Below, piece by piece: positions 27,323-36,224 of a DNA stretch of 64,000 bases. The notes beneath the pieces were generated by a model. That model made no database searches. It was given only the letters and a program-made list of their open reading frames with translations, and was not told where the DNA came from. This DNA comes from Candidatus Caldarchaeales archaeon (GTDB taxonomy: Archaea; Thermoproteota; Nitrososphaeria_A; Caldarchaeales; Calditenuaceae): the NCBI GenBank assembly GCA_039630085.1, contig JBCNVM010000002.1, positions 32,001-96,000 of the forward strand, read 5' to 3'. Positions within the stretch are counted from its first letter, which is position 1. The number at the start of each line of letters is the position of its first letter. The translations under genes and the position numbers were made by a program.

Positions 27323-28960
27323 ATGGCGGTAACGGTCGAGGAGGTCAGGCGTGAGCTTAAGCAGAGGCTCGTGACGACCACCAGGAGCATCTGCCCTGAG
27401 TGCAACAGGATCCTCCCGGCCGAGGTCTTCGAGGAGGACAACAGGATCTACATCCGGAAGGTCTGCCCCGTACACGGCGAGTTCGACGAGCTCTACTTCG
27501 GAGACGCCCAGATGTACTACAAGTTCGCTAGGTGGCTGAAGGACGGCAAGGGGACAGGGAATCCCGACGTCGAGATGCCGAGGTGCGCTTGTCCGGCCAA
27601 CTGCGGCCTCTGCAGCAGCCACCTGAGCCATACCGGTCTCGCGAACCTCGTGATCACGAACCGGTGTGACCTCCACTGCTGGTACTGCTTCTTCTACGCC
27701 GAGAAGGCCGGCTACATCTACGAGCCGACCCTCGAGCAGATCAGGGAGATGGCCTTGAACCTCAGGGCCGAGAGGCCGGTCCCGGGCAACTCGATCCAGA
27801 TCACCGGGGGTGAGCCTACGCTGAGGGACGACCTCCCGGAGATCGTGAGGATACTGAAGCAGGTCGGCGTGGACCACATCCAGCTCAACACGAACGGCAT
27901 CAGGCTCAGCAGGGACTTCGAGTACTTCAAGAGGCTGAAGGAGGCCGGGATCAGCAACCTCTACCTGAGCTTCGACGGCGTCACCCCCAGGACCAACCCG
28001 AAGAACCACTGGGAGGTGCCCGGCGTCCTCGAGAACGCGAGGAAGCTCGGCGTCGGGATAGTGTTGGTCCCCACGGTCATCAAGAGCGTCAACGACCACG
28101 AGCTCGGCGACATCGTGCGCTTCGGGTTCGCGAACGTCGACGTCATCAGGGCGGTCAACTTCCAGCCGGTCAGCCTCACGGGCAGGATGCCGAAGAGGGA
28201 GCGGGAGAAGTACAGGATCACGATCCCCGACTGCATCGCGAGGATCGAGGAGCAGACCGGCGGCGAGATCCCGAAGGACGCATGGTTCCCGGTCCCTGCC
28301 TGTACGCCGCTGACCGGTTTCCTCGAGGCGTTGACCAGGAGGGCCCACTACGAGCTGAGCATCCACTTCGCCTGCGGTGCAGGCACCTACGTCTTCAAGG
28401 ACGGCGACAGGATGGTCCCGCTGACTGCGTTCGTCGACGTCGAGGGCCTAGTCAAGTACCTCCAGGACAAGGCCGAGGAGATCGAGGCCGGCCGGAACAG
28501 GGCCTGGGTCGGGCTGAAGGTCCTCTGGAACATCGGGAAGTTCATCGACGAGCGGAGGCAGCCCGCGGGCATGAACCTCAAGAGGATGCTCTTCGACATC
28601 CTAGTCAAGCACGATTACAAGAGCGTCGGCGACTGGCACAGGAGGTCTCTCTTCCTCGGGATGATGCACTTCCAGGACAAGTACAACCACGACGAGGAGC
28701 GGCTCAGGAGGTGCGACATCCACTACCTCACTCCGGACAACAGGATCATCCCGTTCTGCGCCTTCAACGTAATCCCCGAGTGGTACAGGGACAGGATCCA
28801 GTCGGTCTACGGCGTCTCTATAGAGGAGTGGGAGAGGAGGACCGGGAGGAAGCTCTCGGACGACTTCTACAAGAGGAAGCTTCCGGTGAAGCAGGCCCCA
28901 GTGCCCGTGGCGTCGACGAAGACCGCCGGCTTCGGCGGTATGGTCCAGAATACCGCCTGA
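27323..28960 (+). CDS. tes: Tetraether (GDGT) lipid synthase, radical SAM
   Basis: N-terminal CPEC..CPVHG, 'CP.NCGLC..H', CDLHCWYC, 'HFACG', C-terminal 'RRC.IHY..PD.RIIPFC'. Confidence 0.9.
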   Translation: MAVTVEEVRRELKQRLVTTTRSICPECNRILPAEVFEEDNRIYIRKVCPVHGEFDELYFGDAQMYYKFARWLKDGKGTGNPDVEMPRCACPANCGLCSSHLSHTGLANLVITNRCDLHCWYCFFYAEKAGYIYEPTLEQIREMALNLRAERPVPGNSIQITGGEPTLRDDLPEIVRILKQVGVDHIQLNTNGIRLSRDFEYFKRLKEAGISNLYLSFDGVTPRTNPKNHWEVPGVLENARKLGVGIVLVPTVIKSVNDHELGDIVRFGFANVDVIRAVNFQPVSLTGRMPKREREKYRITIPDCIARIEEQTGGEIPKDAWFPVPACTPLTGFLEALTRRAHYELSIHFACGAGTYVFKDGDRMVPLTAFVDVEGLVKYLQDKAEEIEAGRNRAWVGLKVLWNIGKFIDERRQPAGMNLKRMLFDILVKHDYKSVGDWHRRSLFLGMMHFQDKYNHDEERLRRCDIHYLTPDNRIIPFCAFNVIPEWYRDRIQSVYGVSIEEWERRTGRKLSDDFYKRKLPVKQAPVPVASTKTAGFGGMVQNTA

Positions 28961-29213
28961 TTTCGAGCCGGATTTCTCAGACCGTTTCAGCCAGTTCCAC
29001 CGCCTCTCAGCGTGGTCCATTGACACGACGTAACCTTAACACTTCCAAGGTCTGATCGGAGGGACATCGGAAAATAGAGTCTTCCCGGATATCGGTCTCA
29101 GCGGATACGCTAGGACCTCAGGGAGCACCTCGTGACCGTAGAGCCCGAATTAACCTCCGCGGGACCCTTCTCTCAGGTCACTCTAGCCTGCTCGATTGCG
29201 TTTCGTGCGTTTT

Positions 29214-30590
29214 TCAGCATATGTTAGAATATAATACGTTGTTCGGGTCGACAGCATCCTTTATTTTAGATAGAAGGATTGAAGCAGGGCCGGGATCCCT
29301 TTCAACCCATTTCCTCCTCAGCTGTCCGACGCCGTGGTGATGGCTTATCGTCCCGCCGAACTCCAGCGCCACATCGAACGCCGTTTTCACTATCTTCCAA
29401 TACAAGGCCGGGTCCCTCTCATACACGATGGTGTAGTACAGGGCGCCTCCGTTCACGTAAAAGTGCGAAGCGTGGGCCAATACTCCGGCTACTCCCGTGA
29501 GCTCTTTCATCCTGCTCCGCATTGACTCGTGGAGCCTCGGGATCTTGGACCATGTTGCCGCGACGTCTACGGTCTCAAACCAAAGACCCATCGAGTCCAG
29601 CAGCTTCATTTCATTCAAGTAGTTGAACCTGGACTTGAGCCACGAGTCGTAAGGTCCCTCGCCCATGTAAGAGCCGCCTAATTCCTCCACCCTATTCCTA
29701 GCCTTCTCCCATGTGGTCGTCACGAGCTCTTGCTCGTAACCCTCGTAACTCAGCAACAGCACCGGCTCGTTCGAACCGAACCTCACGACCGATTCGGACT
29801 CGTCCGATAATCGGGCCACTGAAGGTCTCATCCCGTTGACTATCAGCTCCCTCACGATTCTCAAGCCTGCGCTGAAGCTCCGCGTCCCGAAGGCGGCCCT
29901 GACCGAGTACTTCGGTAAAGGGAGCACCCTCAGAGTAGCTTTGGTGATCACGCCGAAGGCCCCCTCCGAACCGACGAAGAGGTGAACCAGGTTGGGGCCC
30001 ATGGACGAACGGGGCGTCAGCACGTTCCTTGTCTTCAGGATCTCTCCGGTGGGCGTCACGACCTCGAGGTTCAGGACCAAGTCCTCGACGTTGCCGTAAC
30101 CGGTGCTGTACTGACCCGAGCTCATAGACGCTATGCAGCCCCCTACGGTGGCTAGATGGAACGACTGGGGAACGTGCCTCAGGGTGTATCCCCTGACGTT
30201 GAGCCACTCCTCGAGGTCGCAGAGCAGCGCTCCCGCCTCCACGGTGACCGTCAGGTCCTCCTCGCTGAAGTCGACCACTCTCTTCATTTTGCCCAAGCTC
30301 AACACCACGCAGTCGTCCGGGGGAGCGGAGGCTCCGGTAACGCTGGAACCGCCTCCGTGCACCACGACCCGGACCCGGTGCTCGTTCGCCTTCCTGAGCA
30401 CGTACGAGACCTCCTCGGCGCTCTCGACGGAAATCACGGCCTTGGGTCTCAAGTTCCAAGATCCCAGCCTCTCCAGAAGCATCGCCAGAGGCCACCAGTC
30501 CCTCGAGTACCTGCTGATCTCCTCCTCGTCCGTCCTGACGTCGTCGCCCAAGGACGCGCACACATCTCTGAGGAATTCCTCTAGGCCCAT
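29214..30590 (-). CDS. FAD-binding oxidoreductase, alkyl-dihydroxyacetone-phosphate synthase-like (VAO/PCMH family)
   Basis: 'GGGSSV', 'HVPQSF..ATVGG', 'SSGQYSTGYG', 'PRSSMGP', 'ETVD', 'AHASHFY..G..LY', 'ISHHHGVG'. Confidence 0.8.
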   Translation of the reverse strand: MGLEEFLRDVCASLGDDVRTDEEEISRYSRDWWPLAMLLERLGSWNLRPKAVISVESAEEVSYVLRKANEHRVRVVVHGGGSSVTGASAPPDDCVVLSLGKMKRVVDFSEEDLTVTVEAGALLCDLEEWLNVRGYTLRHVPQSFHLATVGGCIASMSSGQYSTGYGNVEDLVLNLEVVTPTGEILKTRNVLTPRSSMGPNLVHLFVGSEGAFGVITKATLRVLPLPKYSVRAAFGTRSFSAGLRIVRELIVNGMRPSVARLSDESESVVRFGSNEPVLLLSYEGYEQELVTTTWEKARNRVEELGGSYMGEGPYDSWLKSRFNYLNEMKLLDSMGLWFETVDVAATWSKIPRLHESMRSRMKELTGVAGVLAHASHFYVNGGALYYTIVYERDPALYWKIVKTAFDVALEFGGTISHHHGVGQLRRKWVERDPGPASILLSKIKDAVDPNNVLYSNIC

Positions 30591-31972
30591 CTCACGGCCC
30601 TCCTCCACGCGTTCGCATCGACCATTACCTCGAGCTCTCCGGGCTCGGCGATCAGGTCCACGTCAGCCCTTTCCTCCAAGTCCCGCATGGATAGCGTGCC
30701 GTCGTACAGCGCCAACAACATTGCCACGCCTCTGCCTGAGGCGTCCGCTCCCCTGACCCTCTCGACCCTGCGACCGCACGCCGTCGACAGGAGCTTGAGG
30801 TAACAGGCGCTGTTGCTGAGCCCGCCGTCGGCCCTTATCACGCTGCGTCTCCCGGCCACCCTTTCGACGGCCTCGACGATGCTGTGGGCTGACAACACCA
30901 GGCTCTCCAGGACCCCTCTGACCATGTCGCTCCTGCTGTGCGCCAGCGATAGTCCGTAGAGAAGACCTGTGCCTCCCTTCCTCCGGGGGAACCTGGTCTC
31001 GATCAGCGAGGGGACGAACACCGTCGCGTGCTCAGCCTCCGTGACGGCCCTGTCGAGTCCTCTTACATCGTCCAGAAGGCCGACCCTACAGAGCCATTCC
31101 ACCGTCGATCCACCGGCGGAGGTGTATCCCTCGATGGCATACGCCCTTCGACCGCCGATGTTGTAGACCACCAACGGTATGAGCTCGCCGCCCGGAATCG
31201 TGAAGTCGGCTACCGTCGCGTCCACGAACGTCCCCGTGCCGCTGGTGATCTTCAAGCAGTCTCCCCTGAGGCACGAGGAGCCTATGATCGCGGACTGCTG
31301 GTCGGCTATCAGGGCCGCGACGTCGACGCCCTCGATCGACCCGATGTGGCCGCAGTTGTCCACGATCTCGGGGCCCACGGACTCGGGTATGCCCAGCAGG
31401 GTGTAGACGACCTCAAGCCTCTTCGTCGTCTTGGGGTGGATGAGGCCGGTCAGCGCCTCGTTGGACAGATCGTTCAGGTACCTCTTGGAGGCGACGTAGG
31501 CTACGTAGGAGCTCAAGGTGCCGACGAACGCCTCTCCCCTAGAGACCTCCTCCCTGAGCGCGGGGTCGCTCTCCAGGAGCCACTTGATTCTGACCGCGGG
31601 GCTGTCCGGCCTGATCACCTTCCTCAGCACGGGGACGAGCCTGAGCGCCCTGTAGAGCGGCCTGGACGTCACCGCCCTGCCCCTGACGTCGAGCCACGTG
31701 ATCACGTCGGTCAGTGGCTGACCTCCCTTGTCCCACGCCAGCACCGAGCCCCTGTAGGTGGTTATGCCGGCCAGCTTGACTCCGTAGCCCCTCAGCCTCT
31801 TCACGAATCCCAGCAGGGCTTCCCTTATCGCAGTCGCGCTCTGCTCGACGTGACCCTCCGCGGTCCTCCGGAGGGGCACGCTCACCCTCTCCCTGTGGAC
31901 GCAGTTCAGCTGCTCGTCGTAGACGCAGAGCTTGATGCTGCTGCTCCCTATGTCGACGACGCCGTACTTCAT
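30581..31972 (-). CDS. FGGY-family kinase, glycerol kinase-like
   Basis: 'DIGSSSIK', 'ITWLD.R', 'ADQQSA', 'KITSGTGTF', 'ADGGLS'. Confidence 0.85.
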   Translation of the reverse strand: MKYGVVDIGSSSIKLCVYDEQLNCVHRERVSVPLRRTAEGHVEQSATAIREALLGFVKRLRGYGVKLAGITTYRGSVLAWDKGGQPLTDVITWLDVRGRAVTSRPLYRALRLVPVLRKVIRPDSPAVRIKWLLESDPALREEVSRGEAFVGTLSSYVAYVASKRYLNDLSNEALTGLIHPKTTKRLEVVYTLLGIPESVGPEIVDNCGHIGSIEGVDVAALIADQQSAIIGSSCLRGDCLKITSGTGTFVDATVADFTIPGGELIPLVVYNIGGRRAYAIEGYTSAGGSTVEWLCRVGLLDDVRGLDRAVTEAEHATVFVPSLIETRFPRRKGGTGLLYGLSLAHSRSDMVRGVLESLVLSAHSIVEAVERVAGRRSVIRADGGLSNSACYLKLLSTACGRRVERVRGADASGRGVAMLLALYDGTLSMRDLEERADVDLIAEPGELEVMVDANAWRRAVRWA

Positions 31973-32919
31973 CCCGCGACGACCTCCACGAGCTCGGCAT
32001 CGCCCGGAACTCCGATCACCGCGTAACCCTCCTTCAGCTCGTACCTTCTGCCCTCGATCGTCGCCGTGGCTCCCCTACGACCCATCACGAGGAGTCTCCT
32101 CAGGCATCCGCACAAGGTCTCCGGGAAGACCTTCAGGTTCCCTCTCACGCTCACCTTCACGGTCCTCCCGCACCCGCAGGATAACCTGTCCGCTAGCAGC
32201 TCGGAGGCCTCCATCAGGACCTTCGGGTCGTAGACGTCGATGGCGGCGTGTCCCACCGCGGGGAACTCGGGGAAGGGGTTCCAAGGTTCGAACATCGCTA
32301 TCACGAGCGCGTCAACCCCGAGGGCCTCGCCGTTTACGTACACGGACGACAGCCTGCCTCGTCCCCTTATCCGCTCGACCCTGCCCCTCAGAACCGTGAC
32401 CTCGTCGGGGACTCTCAACTCGGGGTCGTCCTTCGACGGGCCGGAGGGGTCTACTACGACGACTCCTATGACGTGCTCTAAGAGCTTGGATGCGAGCAGT
32501 ACGCTGTACCTGTTCAGACCGTACAGGGCTACGTGCCTGCCCGGCACGAGCCCCTCCGTCAGGAGGTCCAGGACCGCGTGATAGGGGTACACACCAGAGG
32601 GCCTGTCTCCGAAGATCCCCAGCTCAGCGGGCGTCAGGACCCTGAAACCGGTGGCCACCACGCAGCCCCTCAAGCCCTCGACTCCATCACTCGAGACGGC
32701 CACTAATTCGCCTCTGACCCTAACGGCCGTCCTCTCGGTCTCGACCCTCACCTCCCGAGAGACCTCGTCCACTATGCTCATGGCCTCTGGGTCCGTCGCG
32801 GAGATGCCGCCCAGCCTGCGCCTTGTCTCGATGACCCTCGCGTCGATCCCCCTCTCGAGCAGCTCCTTGGCGAGCGAGAGCCCAGCTAGTCCCGCCCCTA
32901 TGACCGTTCTACCAGCCAA
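31969..32919 (-). CDS. FAD/NAD(P)-binding oxidoreductase (probable GlpA partner)
   Basis: GAGLAG Rossmann motif; 'ATG.R', 'I.GDRPSGVY'. Confidence 0.75.
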   Translation of the reverse strand: MAGRTVIGAGLAGLSLAKELLERGIDARVIETRRRLGGISATDPEAMSIVDEVSREVRVETERTAVRVRGELVAVSSDGVEGLRGCVVATGFRVLTPAELGIFGDRPSGVYPYHAVLDLLTEGLVPGRHVALYGLNRYSVLLASKLLEHVIGVVVVDPSGPSKDDPELRVPDEVTVLRGRVERIRGRGRLSSVYVNGEALGVDALVIAMFEPWNPFPEFPAVGHAAIDVYDPKVLMEASELLADRLSCGCGRTVKVSVRGNLKVFPETLCGCLRRLLVMGRRGATATIEGRRYELKEGYAVIGVPGDAELVEVVAG

Positions 32920-34310
32920 GAGCCCTCACTTCCCTTGACGAGGGCCTCTGGGTTGAGACCGGTCAACCTCAGCACCTCGATTATCGCCCTGCCTAAGCAG
33001 TGCTGACCCTGGCAGGACCCCATGCCCAGCCCCGTCCTGAACATCACACCATCGAGCGTCCTGGATCCCGCCCTGACCGCTTCCTCGATGTCAGCCAGGC
33101 TGACGGACATGCACGGACAGACGACGATGCCCCTCGGGCCCTTGACCGCGGTCGGGTCGACCTGAAGCAGCTCCCGGGTCTTACGCGGGAACTCGGGATC
33201 CCGGAGGCCGGTCTTCAGCTCGAGATCCAAGCCAGCTCTCTTGAGCATGTTCAGCACGATCACGGCGATGGCAGGTGCGGCCGTGAACCCCGGCGACTCG
33301 ACGCCCACTAGGTTCACGATCCTGAAGGTCTTAGGGGAGTAGGCGATGACGAAGTCGCCGCGGACGTGCGAGGGCCTTACGCCGGCGTACGCCTTGAGGA
33401 GCCTGCCCCTACTCCTGACGATCCCGCCGAATCTGGCAGTGAGCACCTCGACGTCCTCCGGGTAAACTCCCTTGTCGTCCCTCGAGCCCCCTCTGGCGAG
33501 GTTCGGCCCCCAGATGGTCCTGCCCCAGACCGTCGGTATTATCCCGCCGCCCTTGGTCTCCCCTCCGCGAACCAATTGGAGGGGCGCGACGACGCTCCTG
33601 ACCTGAAGCCCTTCGAAGACCAGCATCGCTCCCCTTTTCGTGACCAGTGACTCCTCGGCTCCGCTGAGGTTCGCTATCCTGTCGGACTCCAGACCCGCCG
33701 CATTGACGAGGAACTTCGACTTCACGGGACCCCGGTTGGTCCGTAGGACGACGCAGTCCGGCTCGATTTCTATTCCTACGACTTCTGTGTTGAAGAGGAA
33801 CTTCACGCCGCGACTCCTGGAGACATCGTGCAGCTTGTACACCAGATCGAAGGAATCGATGACGCCGTAGCCCGAGATCCTGATGGCGGCGTAACCTATC
33901 ACGTTGGGCTCCAGGGCCCTCAACTCGGCGCCGTTCACCACCGACACATCGAAACCTTTGGCTCCGTAGTAGAGCCTCAGGACCGCGTAGATGAGCGGCA
34001 TGATGAGGAGCTGCCCGAACGAGCGCGCCACTAGGAGCGCCGGAAGTCGCCAAAGTTTGACCTTCAGCTCTGCAGCTACCGCGTCGTACATCCTGTTGCC
34101 CTGCAGGCACAGCGCGCTCTTAGTGGACTTGAGGGGCAGCTGGACGACGTGCAGAACGCCCGCGTGTCCCTTCGAAACCCCGAACCCGGGCTCGGCCTCT
34201 TTCTCCACCATTACTACGTCGACGTCGTATTTTGACAAATGATAGGCTATGAAAAGCCCCACGACGCCGGCTCCGATTATCGCTACGTCGTGGGCCCGAT
34301 CACCCTTCAT
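32898..34310 (-). CDS. FAD-dependent glycerol-3-phosphate dehydrogenase-like protein with BFD-like [2Fe-2S] domain
   Basis: GAGVVG, 'AGVRP', 'ESPGFTAAPAIA', 'VCPC..V', 'GMGSCQG.HC'. Confidence 0.8.
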   Translation of the reverse strand: MKGDRAHDVAIIGAGVVGLFIAYHLSKYDVDVVMVEKEAEPGFGVSKGHAGVLHVVQLPLKSTKSALCLQGNRMYDAVAAELKVKLWRLPALLVARSFGQLLIMPLIYAVLRLYYGAKGFDVSVVNGAELRALEPNVIGYAAIRISGYGVIDSFDLVYKLHDVSRSRGVKFLFNTEVVGIEIEPDCVVLRTNRGPVKSKFLVNAAGLESDRIANLSGAEESLVTKRGAMLVFEGLQVRSVVAPLQLVRGGETKGGGIIPTVWGRTIWGPNLARGGSRDDKGVYPEDVEVLTARFGGIVRSRGRLLKAYAGVRPSHVRGDFVIAYSPKTFRIVNLVGVESPGFTAAPAIAVIVLNMLKRAGLDLELKTGLRDPEFPRKTRELLQVDPTAVKGPRGIVVCPCMSVSLADIEEAVRAGSRTLDGVMFRTGLGMGSCQGQHCLGRAIIEVLRLTGLNPEALVKGSEGSWLVERS

Positions 34311-36006
34311 GAACTCCACACCCTCCACGGAGCCGATAGTTCAGCCACCTCGAAGCGAAGAGCGCTACACCAGCGACCGCCATCAGAGGTGTTCCGAAGA
34401 ACCCCGCGAAGGCGGATCTCATCAGCGCGTTGAAGAAGAACAGCGCGTCGTTCATGTCCGGAAACGGGAACCTGAAGCTGACGCCGTAATCGACGTAGAA
34501 CGGCAACGCGTAAGCCAGGCTGACGAGTATCACGGACAGCGCCGTGAAGACGACGGTCACTAGAACCCTCAGCAGGCCCTTCCTAGAGGGCGCGAACCCG
34601 ACCGTCCCGATGAGGGGGCCCGCGACCAGAGCTCCGACGATTACGCTCGCCTGGATCCTGCCCATCAGCCATTCGAACGATACTACCTCCGAGAGACTGA
34701 AGGGGCCGTCGTTCAACGCGTAGGATGTCCAGAACGAAATCTCGTACGCCAGCAGTCCCGCGATCAGCGGAATCAAGTGCCTCCGCAAACCTCTGACTAA
34801 GGTGACTCTGAACGCGAGTCCTGCCGCCCCGACTGCGAAGGAAGTCGCCGCGGCGGCCAGGGCTAACCTCAGGGTCCCGCCCTCCCTCCTCAGCTCCTTC
34901 GTCACCAGGTCGTATCGGCTCAAAGGGTCCGACGTTGGATCAGTCCTGAGGCCGGCCGCCTCGCTCAACGCTCCGACAACCCTCTGCCCCTGTTCGACCG
35001 ATGCTCTCCGGTAACGCTCGACGGAATCACTGGGGAGGGCGAGGCCTCCGTCCAGCACGGTGCCCATGGAGTTCGCGGGGATCCTCCACCCCATTATCAT
35101 CGATACCGTGGGAGCGATGTCGTTGTGCGTGAACGCCGCTTCGTAGACTCCGGGCTTCACGACAGGTCCCAGCAACAGCAAGAAGACCCTCCTCACCTCG
35201 CGCTCGGGTCCTCCGTGATACGCTCCTCTCTTGAACCCGTGATCGTTTAAGATGACTATCAACGTGTCGTCGCTCAGGCCGTCCTTTCTCAAGGACTCCA
35301 AGAAGTTCAAGGTCAACTGGATCGCGTTCACTGCGGTCGCGTTGTACTCCTCTCCGGGAAAACCTGCGTTGTGTCCCATTATGTCTACGTCGTTTACCCC
35401 GATCCACAGGAAGGCCCTGTAACCCATATTGACGTGCTTCTTGAATAGCTCGTAGCCTTCGCTCATGGAGAGGGCGCCGTGCCCTCCGCCCTCAGCGACA
35501 CTGACGCACTCGTCGATGAGGGGCGAAAACAGGGTCCTGAAGGATTCGTCGCCGCTACAGAGGATCTTGTATCCCGAGTCCTTGGCGACCTTGACTAGGC
35601 TGTCGACCTCAAGGGGCCTCTTGAAGTCGTTCGAGGACGCTTCGTTCACCTCCGGAGGTGCTCCCGTGAGCACGGAAGCCCTTGCGGGCAGGGAGTAAGT
35701 GGGCAAGTTCGACAGGCCGTTCGGGTAGAACGCGCCGAGGGACAGAAGAGCGGCTACGTGTTCGTGCTCGCGACTCAGGTCGTTCAGGACCCTGACGTCT
35801 AAGCCGTCGAGAAGTATGAAGACGACGTGCTTCACCGCGGCCCTACCCGAAACCTTTACGCGATCGACCTCGATCAGGACGTCTAGGTATGGATTCTCGT
35901 AATTGATCCAGCCTCTGTAGGCGCTGAGGGCCGTGGAGGCCGCAGCATACGAGAGAGCCAGAACGAGGACGAGGGCGATCGCGACAGACGCGTAGAATAG
36001 CTTCAA
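34300..36006 (-). CDS. Membrane alkaline-phosphatase-superfamily enzyme (GPI ethanolamine-phosphate transferase-like architecture)
   Basis: N-terminal TM; 'LLDGL', 'PTYSLP....LTG', 'VDIMGH', 'NDHG', 'HGG', 'DIAPT....G..IP.NSMG'; about 5 C-terminal TMs; TTG start chosen. Confidence 0.75.
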   Translation of the reverse strand: MKLFYASVAIALVLVLALSYAAASTALSAYRGWINYENPYLDVLIEVDRVKVSGRAAVKHVVFILLDGLDVRVLNDLSREHEHVAALLSLGAFYPNGLSNLPTYSLPARASVLTGAPPEVNEASSNDFKRPLEVDSLVKVAKDSGYKILCSGDESFRTLFSPLIDECVSVAEGGGHGALSMSEGYELFKKHVNMGYRAFLWIGVNDVDIMGHNAGFPGEEYNATAVNAIQLTLNFLESLRKDGLSDDTLIVILNDHGFKRGAYHGGPEREVRRVFLLLLGPVVKPGVYEAAFTHNDIAPTVSMIMGWRIPANSMGTVLDGGLALPSDSVERYRRASVEQGQRVVGALSEAAGLRTDPTSDPLSRYDLVTKELRREGGTLRLALAAAATSFAVGAAGLAFRVTLVRGLRRHLIPLIAGLLAYEISFWTSYALNDGPFSLSEVVSFEWLMGRIQASVIVGALVAGPLIGTVGFAPSRKGLLRVLVTVVFTALSVILVSLAYALPFYVDYGVSFRFPFPDMNDALFFFNALMRSAFAGFFGTPLMAVAGVALFASRWLNYRLRGGCGVHEG

Positions 36007-36224
36007 GGGGCACCCACAAAAATAAAATGGGCTGAACGCCATTTAAGGGTTGAAGCCCCCTTTAACGAGAGTCGGAGCCGACCGAGCAGGCTTGTCGAGG
36101 AACGTCATTCGGTCGCAGTTAATCTTATCTCACGTCGTTCTCCGAAGCCACTGGCTCGCTGATCGAACGCGCGGGCAGTCCGCACGCCCCGTAGCGGCAA
36201 CGGGTCGCATGTTCACGGTGGCGA

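Noticed and set aside
28961-29213. Integration site or mobile element at the edge of the low-GC operon
   Set aside because: No tRNA, integrase, transposase or matching terminal repeat at the other edge (36007-36224) was found by eye
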